A stretch of DNA of 61,606 bases, filler included. It is 3 parts of 3 records of this genome, joined end to end, with 100 filler letters (N's around TTAATTAATTAA, not from the genome) between each part and the next. Parts side by side here need not be neighbours in the genome. Positions count along the whole stretch, not along the records: positions 21,353 to 51,265 come from SRR2962707_1054; 2 more parts are not named here. One strand, 5' to 3'. The position numbers and the translations under genes are program-made. The notes below the pieces were generated by a model. That model was given only the letters and a program-made list of their open reading frames with translations. It ran no database searches and was not told where the DNA came from. Shown here piece after piece: positions 41,760 through 51,365 of this stretch. Numbering within the stretch: position 1 is the first letter of the stretch; every line of letters begins with the position of its first letter.

Positions 41760-42435
41760 GGCGGGACTCCTGCTGCAACTGACCCGGGGCGGTGATCGGT
41801 ATTTGATGCAACATCTCAGCGTAGAGACGGTAGACGACACGGCTGGCGTGGATTACCGCCTGCTGATCAACGGTATCCGTGATGCCGTTCATCAGTTTTG
41901 TGAAGAACCGAAAGTGTTCCTGATCGAGCGCGCCGTGGGAATATAAGTAGCTGAACGCTTCCTTGGGTAGATGGAGGCTTTTCTGCACTTGCTCTCCCAG
42001 TGGAGTGGCGAGAGCGATGCTGGTGCCTTCCAGAACATGAACCATGCCGAAAAATGACACCGGGTTGCCGCGCTGGATGATGTCGTAGAGCCAGGAGACC
42101 ATCAGCTCGATGGGGAGATCCGGTCGGCCATGGCGTATCGCTTCGGCGTCCGCTCCGGTGGCCTGGAGGTCATTGAGGATCCACTCCTGGTGTCCGTATT
42201 CGTCCTGGATGTATTCCACCAGAGCTTCCCTAATCCATTCCAGGCGGGCCGGCAAACGCGAACCGCAGGCCATCATCAAGGGTACGGTGTGTTTGACGTG
42301 GTGATAGGCCTGGCCGAGAAAGTAGCGGTAGCTGTCCAGGTTGAAACGACCTTCGGGGATCGCGGCCAGTACCGGCGCGCGCAATAGATGCGCGCGAGCC
42401 TCCTCGGTCTGTTGTTGCAGAGTGTCAAAGAACAT
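41743..42435 (-). CDS. Heme-oxygenase-like (TenA fold) iron-containing redox enzyme
   Basis: YHHVKH, EYIQDEYGH, VLEG, HGALDQEH metal-ligand pattern. Confidence 0.85.
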   Translation of the reverse strand: MFFDTLQQQTEEARAHLLRAPVLAAIPEGRFNLDSYRYFLGQAYHHVKHTVPLMMACGSRLPARLEWIREALVEYIQDEYGHQEWILNDLQATGADAEAIRHGRPDLPIELMVSWLYDIIQRGNPVSFFGMVHVLEGTSIALATPLGEQVQKSLHLPKEAFSYLYSHGALDQEHFRFFTKLMNGITDTVDQQAVIHASRVVYRLYAEMLHQIPITAPGQLQQESRHEQPA

Positions 42436-42453
42436 TTGGGGCACCTCTTGGTG

Positions 42454-43869
42454 TCATGCGAGAGAAGCGTCGACCGGCGTGGCCAGTCGGGTGGGGTAAC
42501 GTTGCAGGATGGCGTCGCGCCTTGGGCGGCCATTGGTGGTGGCCAGACCATTCTCGGGGGAGAAGGGGGCATCGGCGATGATGAAGGTGCCGATCCGGGC
42601 ATAATCCGGCAGCGACGGATTAATGTCGGCGATCTGCTGCTTCAAGTGACTGAGTTCGGCGTGAGGCATGGGCACGATGACCGCGGTGAGATGCGGTTCG
42701 CCGTCGCCCTGAACCACCAAGCTTCGTATGCTGTCGCAGCGCTGAAAGGCGCTCTCAACCCACTCTGGATTGACGTTGCGACCAAAGGTGGTGATCAGCA
42801 GGTTTTTACGGCGGCCATTGACGTACAGGAAGCCATCCTGGTCATAGTGGCCGAGATCCCCGGTTGCCCAATGATCGCCGACGGGCTGATGTAGATAGCC
42901 GGTCATGACAGCCCCGGACACCTGAATCTCGCCATTACCGTCGATGCTGATGCGCGCGTGCTCAAGAGGCCGACCGACGCTGCCGGGTCGGTCCGCGCCA
43001 GGCAAATTCAGAGCCACCACGGACCCGCATTCGGACAGGCCGTAACCTTCATAGACCGGCAGGCCGAGCTCACGGGCCTGTAACAACAGTGCCGGATCGA
43101 CCTTGCCGCCGCCGACCGCGATGAAGCGGAAGCTGTCCGGCATCGGCAATCCCCTGGAGGCCAGCATGGTCAGTACCCGAAGCAATTCCGGGACCAGAAT
43201 CAGGCTTTGCGGGCGCCACTGCTGTAGCGAGGTATAGAAGGTCCCGGGATTGAGTTGCGAGCTGCCGCCGAAGCCGAGCGTGTCCAGCGCAGGCAATAAC
43301 ACACAAGCCCCCAACGACAGGGGAACATATATACCTGCCACGTTTTCCAGCAGAGTGGCCAGCGGCAGCACGCACAGATGGCGATCGCCGGCATGGGGCG
43401 CCAAAGCATTGGCGAGGGCTCGAACGGTACGATCCAGATGGTCGGAGCTTAGACAAACCCCCTTGGGCTGGCCGGTGCTGCCGGAGGTGAAAGTGATTTT
43501 GCTAACGTCGCCCCATGCCTCGCCCGGAGGGGCTCCGGTGGCGGAAAGGATGCCCGTGTCACCGTCATAGACGGCATCCAGGGCGGCATCCTGGAATATG
43601 TGTTCCCGCTGTCCCTTGCTGAAGAAGGGGGGGACCGGCACTACGGTCAGTCCCCGGTGTTGGGCGGCCAGATCCGCCGTCAACCAGCCGATACAGTTGC
43701 CGCCGGTCAGTGCCAGACGCCCAACACCGTGGTCGCCGAGTGCCGCTGACAATTCGGTAATCTGTCGCCAGAGCGTCGCGTAGGTAAGACTATGGTCGCC
43801 GTCGTCGACGGCGATCCGGTCGGGGCAGCGCGTGGCGTGTGCATGGATTTGTTCAAGCAACCACGTCAT
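42454..43869 (-). CDS. AMP-binding (ANL superfamily) enzyme
   Basis: TFTSGSTGQPKG, YEGYGLSE, ATGDLG, GRRKN. Confidence 0.92.
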   Translation of the reverse strand: MTWLLEQIHAHATRCPDRIAVDDGDHSLTYATLWRQITELSAALGDHGVGRLALTGGNCIGWLTADLAAQHRGLTVVPVPPFFSKGQREHIFQDAALDAVYDGDTGILSATGAPPGEAWGDVSKITFTSGSTGQPKGVCLSSDHLDRTVRALANALAPHAGDRHLCVLPLATLLENVAGIYVPLSLGACVLLPALDTLGFGGSSQLNPGTFYTSLQQWRPQSLILVPELLRVLTMLASRGLPMPDSFRFIAVGGGKVDPALLLQARELGLPVYEGYGLSECGSVVALNLPGADRPGSVGRPLEHARISIDGNGEIQVSGAVMTGYLHQPVGDHWATGDLGHYDQDGFLYVNGRRKNLLITTFGRNVNPEWVESAFQRCDSIRSLVVQGDGEPHLTAVIVPMPHAELSHLKQQIADINPSLPDYARIGTFIIADAPFSPENGLATTNGRPRRDAILQRYPTRLATPVDASLA

Positions 43870-44524
43870 GGCGGACCTCCCTGCCGGTGATCCATCCGGC
43901 TTGAACCAGACGATCATGTCCGAGGGCCACCTGGCCGGCCATCACCTGTGGATCGTGGTCGTAATAGCGTCCCCAGCACTCATGGCCACCGTTCAATCGG
44001 CCGGGTTCGGCGGTGGTGAGGGCAACAGGGCCAAGTCCCAGGCGGTGGAAGATGTTCCGTACCTGGCGCGTGGCGGTGAACGCGATCCAATCACCCTGAA
44101 GGTGGGGCAATAGGGCGGTCACCGCGATGAATAACAGTCGACCAGTACCGGAGCCGTCCGCGGCGAGACTGGAAATCTCGATGATGTGGTCACGTGATAC
44201 CGGTACCCCGGCAAGCAGCGTGATGCAGTGTTCCAGCGGCTCCGGCAGGTACTGTTCCAGGAACACGCTCTGGCCGGCGGCGCGAGTCAGGCCGGCGGCG
44301 GCGCGGCAATGGCCCTGGTCGTCTTTCAGCACCACAAGGAATGGGGCGTTAACGCGTGGCCGGGCGCCATAGCTCAGCCAGTAGCGGCGACGGATAAAAG
44401 CCGCGCCATGCCGATAGTCAGTGTCACCCCGGCGTGTGAGGGACACCTGCAACGGCACGCCGCGCAGGGTCAGCCGGCGCTGCAGAGCGTCTTGGGGGTT
44501 GAAATGAGAGAGAGACTGGCACAT
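43853..44524 (-). CDS. 'Thermostable hemolysin' family protein
   Basis: FIRRRY..YGA, FLEQYL, IIEISSLA, FTAT, WGRYYDHDP. Confidence 0.85.
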   Translation of the reverse strand: MCQSLSHFNPQDALQRRLTLRGVPLQVSLTRRGDTDYRHGAAFIRRRYWLSYGARPRVNAPFLVVLKDDQGHCRAAAGLTRAAGQSVFLEQYLPEPLEHCITLLAGVPVSRDHIIEISSLAADGSGTGRLLFIAVTALLPHLQGDWIAFTATRQVRNIFHRLGLGPVALTTAEPGRLNGGHECWGRYYDHDPQVMAGQVALGHDRLVQAGWITGREVRHDVVA

Positions 44525-44566
44525 GGAAGGACTCCCGCTTTGAGAGTCCCAGTTGGCCGGGTCAAG

Positions 44567-44583
44567 CTTAACAAGATCTTAAA
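44567..44583 (-). promoter_or_regulatory. PmrA/QseB-type direct-repeat box
   Basis: Minus strand TTTAAG-N5-GTTAAG, about 43 bp upstream of the operon start. Confidence 0.6.
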
Positions 44584-44600
44584 GATATCCGCTCTAAACG

Positions 44601-44630
44601 ACGAAGACCGGGGTAAGCCCCGGTCTTCGT
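44601..44630 (-). terminator. Hairpin terminator after ppa
   Basis: ACGAAGACCGGGG-taag-CCCCGGTCTTCGT, 13-bp perfect stem. Confidence 0.75.
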
Positions 44631-44658
44631 GTGGCAAACAAGGTGCCGGCCGGCGACC

Positions 44659-45189
44659 TTACTTGCTGTTGAAGGCTTCCACGGACTTGAGGATTTCCTT
44701 CTTGGCGGCTTCGGCGCCGTCCCAGCCGTCCACTTTCACCCATTTGCCGGCTTCGAGATCCTTGTAGTTCTCGAAGAAGTGCTTGATCTGGGCCAGCAGC
44801 AGCTCGGGCAGGTCGTTGATGTCCTTGACGTTGTCGTACAGCTTGGTCAGCTTGGTGTGCGGCACCGCCACCAGCTTGGCGTCCTTACCGGCTTCGTCGG
44901 TCATGTTGAGAATGCCCACCGGCCGGCAGCGGATCACGGAGCCGGGTACCACGGGGTACGGGGTCACCACCAGCACGTCCAGGGGATCGCCGTCCTCGGA
45001 CAGGGTGTTGGGGATGTAGCCGTAGTTGGCCGGGTAGAACATCGGGGTGGCCATGAAGCGGTCGACGAAGACGGCGTTGCTGTCCTTGTCGATCTCGTAC
45101 TTGATCGGATCGGCATTGGCCGGGATTTCGATCGCCACGTAGATGTCTTCGGGAATCTCTTTCCCGGCGGGTACCTTGGTAAAATCCAT
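44659..45189 (-). CDS. ppa: Inorganic pyrophosphatase
   Basis: [23 protein letters not shown]. Confidence 0.97.
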   Translation of the reverse strand: MDFTKVPAGKEIPEDIYVAIEIPANADPIKYEIDKDSNAVFVDRFMATPMFYPANYGYIPNTLSEDGDPLDVLVVTPYPVVPGSVIRCRPVGILNMTDEAGKDAKLVAVPHTKLTKLYDNVKDINDLPELLLAQIKHFFENYKDLEAGKWVKVDGWDGAEAAKKEILKSVEAFNSK

Positions 45190-45425
45190 GAATCGGTCCT
45201 TTCAGCGAGGGTTCAAATCGACGATGGGCGCGGATTATAGCAACCGTGACGCGGCGCTGGCTAATAGCCAAAAGTACCGGCCTCATGCCCGGTCGAAGTG
45301 ACCGGCCGAAAAGCGCAAATGCCCGGCATGCCCGGCCTCCGGGTTTGTTCAGCGGCGGATAACCCGACACAATAGCGGCTCTTACTAGATCGTACCCGAA
45401 GCGCTGAAAACGGAGCCTCCATTCG

Positions 45426-46052
45426 ATGAGTGTGAAAGAAGTTGCCCATCCGCTGGTGAAACACAAATTGGGACTGCTGCGGCAGCACAAACTGAGTACC
45501 CGCAGTTTCCGCCAGATCACCAGTGAATTGGCGGTCTTGCTGACCTACGAAGCCACCGCCGACATGGAGCTGGAGCCGGCCACGGTGGAAGGCTGGTCCG
45601 GACCGGTGGAAGTGCAGCGCATCAAGGGTAAAAAGGTCACCGTGGTACCGATTCTGCGTGCCGGGATCGGCATGCTCGATGGTGTGTTGGAGCTGATCCC
45701 CAGCGCCAAGGTCAGCGTGGTGGGCCTTTATCGCAATGAGGAAACTCTGCAGCCGGTGGCCTATTTCGAGAAGCTGGCCCATGACATTCATGAGCGCACC
45801 GCCCTGATCATCGATCCGATGCTGGCCACTGGCGGCTCGCTGATGGCCACCATCGATATGCTGAAGGCGGCGGGCTGTGAACGGATCCGCGCTCTGGTAT
45901 TGGTGGCGGCCCCGGAGGGCATCCATAAGGTAGCGCAGGCCCATCCGGACGTGGACATCTATACCGCCTCGGTGGACGAGGGCTTGAACCAGGACGGCTA
46001 TATCGTGCCGGGCCTGGGCGATGCCGGGGACCGCATTTTCGGTACCCGCTAA
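45426..46052 (+). CDS. upp: Uracil phosphoribosyltransferase
   Basis: [24 protein letters not shown]. Confidence 0.97.
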   Translation: MSVKEVAHPLVKHKLGLLRQHKLSTRSFRQITSELAVLLTYEATADMELEPATVEGWSGPVEVQRIKGKKVTVVPILRAGIGMLDGVLELIPSAKVSVVGLYRNEETLQPVAYFEKLAHDIHERTALIIDPMLATGGSLMATIDMLKAAGCERIRALVLVAAPEGIHKVAQAHPDVDIYTASVDEGLNQDGYIVPGLGDAGDRIFGTR

Positions 46053-46074
46053 CCGATCACGTCACGGAGCCTCC

Positions 46075-47376
46075 ATGTCCGCCACTCCCGGTTTCTTCGC
46101 GCCACGCACCGTTCTGGTGGGGGCGCAAATGTTGTTCGTTGCCTTCGGTGCTCTGGTATTGATGCCATTGCTCACCGGACTGGACCCGAGCGTGGCGTTG
46201 TTCACCGCCGGGGTCGGCACCTTGTTGTTCCAATGCATCACCGGCTTCTCGATCCCGGTGTTCCTGGCGTCCTCCTTTGTCTTCATCGCGCCCATATCCC
46301 ACGGCGTGCAGGCCTGGGGCCTGCCGGCCACCATGGGCGCGCTGATGGTCACCGCCGTGGTCTATGTGGTGCTGGCGGCACTGGTGCGCTGGCGCGGGCC
46401 GGGATTCCTGCACGTGTTGATGCCACCGGTGGTGACCGGGCCGATCATCATGGTGATTGGTCTGAGTCTGGCGCCCACCGCGGTGAACATGGCCATGGGC
46501 ATGGACGGCAGCGGCCAGGAGACCTTGTTTCCGTACGGGCAGGCACTGACGGTGTCGATGGTGTCGCTGGTCACCACCTTGCTGGTGGCCACCCTGGCAA
46601 AGGGGTTTTTCCGGCTGTTACCGATCATGGTGGGGGTGCTGTGCGGTTACCTTTCCGCCCTGATGCTGGGCATGGTGGACTTCGCCGTGGTCACCGAGCG
46701 CGCCTGGCTGGCGCCGCCGGAGTTCGTGCTGCCGACGTTCGAATGGCAAGCGATCGTGTTCATGGTGCCGGTGGCATTGGCGCCGGCTATTGAGCACGTT
46801 GGTGATGTGCTCGCCATCAGCAATGTCACCGGGCGGGATTATGTGCGCAAACCCGGCTTGCATCGCACCCTGCTCGGGGATGGCGTCGCCAGCATGGGCG
46901 CGGCGATGGTTGGCGGACCACCCAATACCACCTATTCGGAAGTGACCGGGGCGGTCATGCTGACCCGGGTATTCGACCCCCGGGTGATGGTGTGGGCCGC
47001 GGTTTTCGCCATTGCGTTGTCCTTCCTGTCCCGCTTTGGCGGGTTGTTGCAGAGTATCCCGGCGCCGGTGATGGGGGGCATCCTGATCCTCATGTTCGGC
47101 TCCATCGCCAGTGTCGGCATGAACACCCTGATCAAGGCGAAGGTGGATCTGGCGCGCCAGCGTAACCTGGTGATCGTCGCCACCACGTTGGTGTTCGGCA
47201 TTGGTGGCATGGTCATCAGCGGTGGTGGCTTCACCTTGCAGGGGATCAGCTTGTGCGGAGTGCTGGCGGTGGTGCTGAACCTGCTGCTGCCCGGCCGTGA
47301 TCCCGTGGTTACCGATCTGCGCCAGGAGCAAGCGGTGGTGGATGATCTCATCGAGCATACCCGCTCAAAGGATTGA
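46075..47376 (+). CDS. uraA: Uracil permease (NCS2 family)
   Basis: EHVGD and PPNTTYSE motifs; follows upp. Confidence 0.93.
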   Translation: MSATPGFFAPRTVLVGAQMLFVAFGALVLMPLLTGLDPSVALFTAGVGTLLFQCITGFSIPVFLASSFVFIAPISHGVQAWGLPATMGALMVTAVVYVVLAALVRWRGPGFLHVLMPPVVTGPIIMVIGLSLAPTAVNMAMGMDGSGQETLFPYGQALTVSMVSLVTTLLVATLAKGFFRLLPIMVGVLCGYLSALMLGMVDFAVVTERAWLAPPEFVLPTFEWQAIVFMVPVALAPAIEHVGDVLAISNVTGRDYVRKPGLHRTLLGDGVASMGAAMVGGPPNTTYSEVTGAVMLTRVFDPRVMVWAAVFAIALSFLSRFGGLLQSIPAPVMGGILILMFGSIASVGMNTLIKAKVDLARQRNLVIVATTLVFGIGGMVISGGGFTLQGISLCGVLAVVLNLLLPGRDPVVTDLRQEQAVVDDLIEHTRSKD

Positions 47377-47380
47377 GACC

Positions 47381-48067
47381 ATGCAAAGAGCCGAGCGGCT
47401 GATCGTATTGGTCGACACTTTGCGCCGGCATCGCTGGCCGGTAACCGCCAGCGCTCTCAGCGAGCAGCTCGGAGTGTCCACCCGCACCATCTATCGCGAT
47501 ATCCAGAGTCTGATTGGTCTGGGCGCGCCGATCGATGGTGAGGCCGGAGTCGGTTATCTGCTGCGCAAAGGGTTTTTCATGCCGCCGTTGATGTTCAGCC
47601 CGGTGGAACTGGAGGCGCTGTTGCTTGGTGCCCGCTGGGTCGGGCAGCAGGGCGACGAGGAACTGGCCGATGCCGCCAACAGCGCGCTGGACAAGATCGC
47701 CACGGCGGTGCGTGAAGTGCTGGAGGACACCGGACTGTGGGCGGGCCCCTCCAGCGCTCCCCGACGTGGCGAGCCGCTGTTCGTATTGCGCCGCGCTCTG
47801 CGTGAGGAACTGAAGCTGCGAATCGTCTACCGGGATGTGGAGGGCCGGGAAACCGAGCGTACCGTCTGGCCTTTGACTTTGGCGTTTTTCGAAGGCGCCC
47901 GGATCCTGGCGGCCTGGTGCGAACTACGCGAGGATTTCCGCCACTTTCGCACTGATCGCATCGCCGATTTGCAGGTCATGGAAGAAAGCTATCCGGGATC
48001 CCGCCGGTTATTGGCGCAGCGTTGGTTGCAGACGGAGCGCCAGCGACGGTCCCGGAAGGAGTCGTAG
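47381..48067 (+). CDS. YafY-like HTH-WYL transcriptional regulator
   Basis: MQRAERL, VSTRTIYRDI, AWCELREDFRHFRTDRI. Confidence 0.92.
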   Translation: MQRAERLIVLVDTLRRHRWPVTASALSEQLGVSTRTIYRDIQSLIGLGAPIDGEAGVGYLLRKGFFMPPLMFSPVELEALLLGARWVGQQGDEELADAANSALDKIATAVREVLEDTGLWAGPSSAPRRGEPLFVLRRALREELKLRIVYRDVEGRETERTVWPLTLAFFEGARILAAWCELREDFRHFRTDRIADLQVMEESYPGSRRLLAQRWLQTERQRRSRKES

Positions 48068-48100
48068 TGGTTTGCTGGAAAAATGGTGTCCGCGCTGGGA

Positions 48101-48625
48101 TCAATTCATCGACAATTGCTTCCGGTAACAGGCTTCCAGCTCAGTGTGCAACGCCCAGAATGATGGCGGCGTGGTCTCGTTCAGCTCCGCCACCAGAATA
48201 GCCAGATGCGTATGCCAGCCAGTGGCCACGCTGGTTTTTTCCGTGTCGCTCAAGCGCTGATGAGTAACTCGCAAACGCACTTGGTTGTCCTCGGGGGTCA
48301 GCTCGAAGGTCACTTCCGAACCGCCTTCTCCCCAGGTGAATGCCAGAAGATGCGGGGCCTCACAGCGGGTAACCGTGCCTTTCAGCACCGCGCCCTCGGC
48401 GTCGGCATGGTATTCGGGGGCGGTATCGCCGGGTTCCGACAGCTCGCTATGATGAAACTCCAGAGTGACCGCGCCGCCGGCGAACAGTCCCATGGGGCCG
48501 GCGGCCAGCCAGCGGGCGCGTTTTTCGGACTCGGTCAGAAAGGCCCAGATCCGTTCCACCGGGCCCGGCAGCAGCCGCTCCAGTGTCAGAGTGTCGGGTT
48601 TGGTCAGCTTGGCGTAATCATCCAT
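48101..48625 (-). CDS. SRPBCC/AHSA1-family protein
   Basis: ERLLPGPVERIW, LAFTW, GWHTHL. Confidence 0.9.
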   Translation of the reverse strand: MDDYAKLTKPDTLTLERLLPGPVERIWAFLTESEKRARWLAAGPMGLFAGGAVTLEFHHSELSEPGDTAPEYHADAEGAVLKGTVTRCEAPHLLAFTWGEGGSEVTFELTPEDNQVRLRVTHQRLSDTEKTSVATGWHTHLAILVAELNETTPPSFWALHTELEACYRKQLSMN

Positions 48626-48665
48626 GGTGTTCTCCTGAAGAGTGGGGCCCGGGTCGGGTTGAAGG

Positions 48666-48995
48666 TCAATCGCCCTGGCGCAGGGCCTGTTCCAGAGCGT
48701 CCAGCCGTTCGCTCCAGAACGCCTGATAATGGCGTAGCCAGTCCATGGCCCCGGCCATGGGAGCGGCATTCAGCCGGCAGACGTGGACGCGCCCTTGCTT
48801 TTCCCGGGTCAGCAGTCCCGCCTGTTCCAGCGCTTTGATGTGCTTTGAGGCACCGGCTAGGCTCATGGAGAAAGGCGCCGCCAGCTCTCCCACCTTGCGC
48901 TCACCATCAGCGAGCAATGCCAGCATGGCGCGGCGGGTGGGGTCGGCCAGGGCCTGGAAAACGGCATCGAGTGTGTCGGGATTATTGTTAACCAT
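48666..48995 (-). CDS. ArsR-family regulator
   Basis: FQALADPTRR, SKHIKALEQAGL. Confidence 0.92.
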   Translation of the reverse strand: MVNNNPDTLDAVFQALADPTRRAMLALLADGERKVGELAAPFSMSLAGASKHIKALEQAGLLTREKQGRVHVCRLNAAPMAGAMDWLRHYQAFWSERLDALEQALRQGD

Positions 48996-49041
48996 GTGGT
49001 TGAATATGGGGGCAAGTGTTTTAATTGTCAACCAAAAGGTT
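48990..49041. promoter_or_regulatory. Two AACC-N4-GGTT palindromes, putative ArsR operators
   Basis: AACCATGTGGTT at 48990-49001 over the start codon; AACCAAAAGGTT at 49030-49041. Confidence 0.6.
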
Positions 49042-49675
49042 AATTATTTTCAGGAAGGCGCCGGCCGTTGAAGTGGCCCGCATTACAGGTCGCCGGCAGT
49101 GCTTTGAGCTGACGCATCAGGCCGCCAGCGGTGAGGACCCCGCGTATTGGCGCTCCGGCTTGCCGTAGCCGCTCCGAGCTCCAGCGATTGCAGGTGCGGC
49201 CGAGCCAGAAGGTGCCCTCGGCCTGGAAGAACAGGCTGGCGCCATACAAACCGGGGCCCACCGTCCGCACTGTTCCGTCCGCGTTCCGTTGAAAGTCCGC
49301 CGCCAGTGACCGGGTCAGGCGGTGCCAGTGATCCGGTTCCGGACACAGCGCGGCCAGATCCTTGTGCGGCAGTTGCGCCGGATGCCGTTCCAGAGCCACC
49401 ACGTGCAGCACGCTGTCGGTGGGCCAGAACAGTGCTTTGAGCAGACGCGGGATGCTGTTGTTGTGTTGGTAGAAGTCGGCGTCGCCCCAACCGAACTCGT
49501 AATAGCCAGTATCCGGCAGATGATCGCGCAGAAACCGCAGGTGAGGGTCGAGCTTGTCGGCGGGTATCACCAGACCGGTATGCCAGCGGTGCCGTACCAC
49601 CAGCAAGGATTCTCCAGGGTCGGCGTGGGCCGGTACGGCGAGGATCAACACTGCAATCGCCAACAGAAATTTCAT
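49040..49675 (-). CDS. DUF2459-family exported protein
   Basis: Signal peptide, WHTGL, EFGWGD..FY, TCNRW. Confidence 0.82.
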   Translation of the reverse strand: MKFLLAIAVLILAVPAHADPGESLLVVRHRWHTGLVIPADKLDPHLRFLRDHLPDTGYYEFGWGDADFYQHNNSIPRLLKALFWPTDSVLHVVALERHPAQLPHKDLAALCPEPDHWHRLTRSLAADFQRNADGTVRTVGPGLYGASLFFQAEGTFWLGRTCNRWSSERLRQAGAPIRGVLTAGGLMRQLKALPATCNAGHFNGRRLPENN

Positions 49676-49819
49676 CAGCTCATCCCCGCTCGGGGCCGTG
49701 GAGGTGGTGTCAGGTTCCGTTACGGAACGGTCCCATATCAATACTGGAAGACACCAATCCATGGTAGCATCGCCCCGCTTTGTTTCCGTGCGCGTATCTT
49801 TGATTCAGAAAGGCTTGTC

Positions 49820-51265
49820 ATGTTGAGACCTCTGGACATCTCCCAATATCGATTCCTTCCCGGCGGAGCAGGCCGGATTCTGTTCGCCATCCTGGCTCTG
49901 CTGTTTGCTCCCGGTGCCCTGGCCGCCACCGGTGGCCTTGATCTGACCGGCTCGGTGGCCGGGTTCATTGCCCTCGCTATCTTCGTCCTCGCCTATGCCC
50001 TGGTGATGGCCGAGGAAAAGCTGCACATGCGCAAGTCCAAGCCGGTACTGGTGGCCGCCGGTATTATCTGGGCGTTGATCGGCTGGGTTTACGTCCAGTC
50101 CGGCATGCCCGATGAGGCCGAGCACGCGTTCCGCCACACCCTGCTCGAATTCACCGAACTGATGCTGTTCCTGCTGGTGGCGATGACCTACATCAACGCC
50201 ATGGACGAGCGCCGGGTATTTGATGCCCTGCGTGCCTGGATGGTGCGCAAGGGGTTCAGCTACCGGCAGCTGTTCTGGATTACCGGTATCCTGGCCTTTC
50301 TGATCTCGCCGGTCGCCGATAACCTGACCACCGCGCTGTTGATGTGCGCCGTGGTGACGAAGGTGGCGGAAGGGGACAAACCCTTCATCAACGTGGCCTG
50401 TATCAATATCGTGGTGGCCGCCAACGCCGGTGGCGCCTTCAGTCCGTTCGGCGATATCACCACTCTGATGGTGTGGCAGGCGGGCCTGATTCATTTCACC
50501 GAATTCTTCGATCTGCTGATCCCGTCGCTGATCAACTATCTGATCCCGGCGGTGGTAATGAGCCTGTTCATCAAGAGCCGTAAGCCCAGCGGCGTGAAGG
50601 AAGAAGTTGAGCTCAAGCGCGGTGCCCGCCGTATTATCGCCCTGTTCCTGCTCACCGTGGCCACCGCCGTGGCCTGTCACTCCGTGCTGCATCTGCCGCC
50701 GGTGCTGGGGATGATGACCGGTTTGGGTTATCTGCAGTTCTTCGGCTATTTCCTGCGCCGGACCCTGCCGCGTTCCTTGGAGAAGAAGCGCCGCCATTAC
50801 CTGCGCCGTGGCGATGATAAACGCCTGTCTCAACTGGGCAGCATCGTGCCTTTCGATGTGTTCAATCGTGTGGCGCGGGCGGAGTGGGACACCTTGCTGT
50901 TCTTCTATGGCGTGGTGATGTGCGTGGGCGGCCTGGGCTTCATGGGTTACCTGGGCATGTTATCCGAGGCTCTCTATACCGGCTGGAACGCGACCTGGGC
51001 CAATATCGCCCTGGGTATCATTTCCGCGGTGGTGGATAACATTCCGGTGATGTTCGCGGTGCTGACCATGGAACCGGAAATGTCCCACGGCCACTGGTTG
51101 CTGATCACCCTCACCGCCGGCGTCGGCGGCAGCCTGCTGTCCATCGGCTCCGCCGCCGGGGTGGCGCTGATGGGGCAGGCACGAGGCCTTTATACGTTCA
51201 TGGGCCACCTGAAATGGAGCCCGGTGATTGCGCTGGGCTACGCCGCCAGTGTGCTCGCTCACCTG
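49820..51265 (+). CDS. nhaD: NhaD-family Na+/H+ antiporter (cut by contig end)
   Basis: KSKPV, ADNLTTAL, ANAGGAFSPFGDITT, DNIP, GSAAGV. Confidence 0.92.
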
Positions 51266-51365
51266 NNNNNNNNNNNNNNNNNNNNNNNNNNNNNNNNNNN
51301 NNNNNNNNNTTAATTAATTAANNNNNNNNNNNNNNNNNNNNNNNNNNNNNNNNNNNNNNNNNNNN
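51266..51365. other. Artificial contig spacer
   Basis: N run with central TTAATTAATTAA. Confidence 0.97.

Noticed and set aside
43853-44524. Hemolysin as a toxin or virulence factor
   Set aside because: No signal peptide or secretion genes; its context is an enzyme operon
49322-49819. N-terminal extension of NhaD
   Set aside because: Antisense to the DUF2459 gene; a plausible start is at 49820
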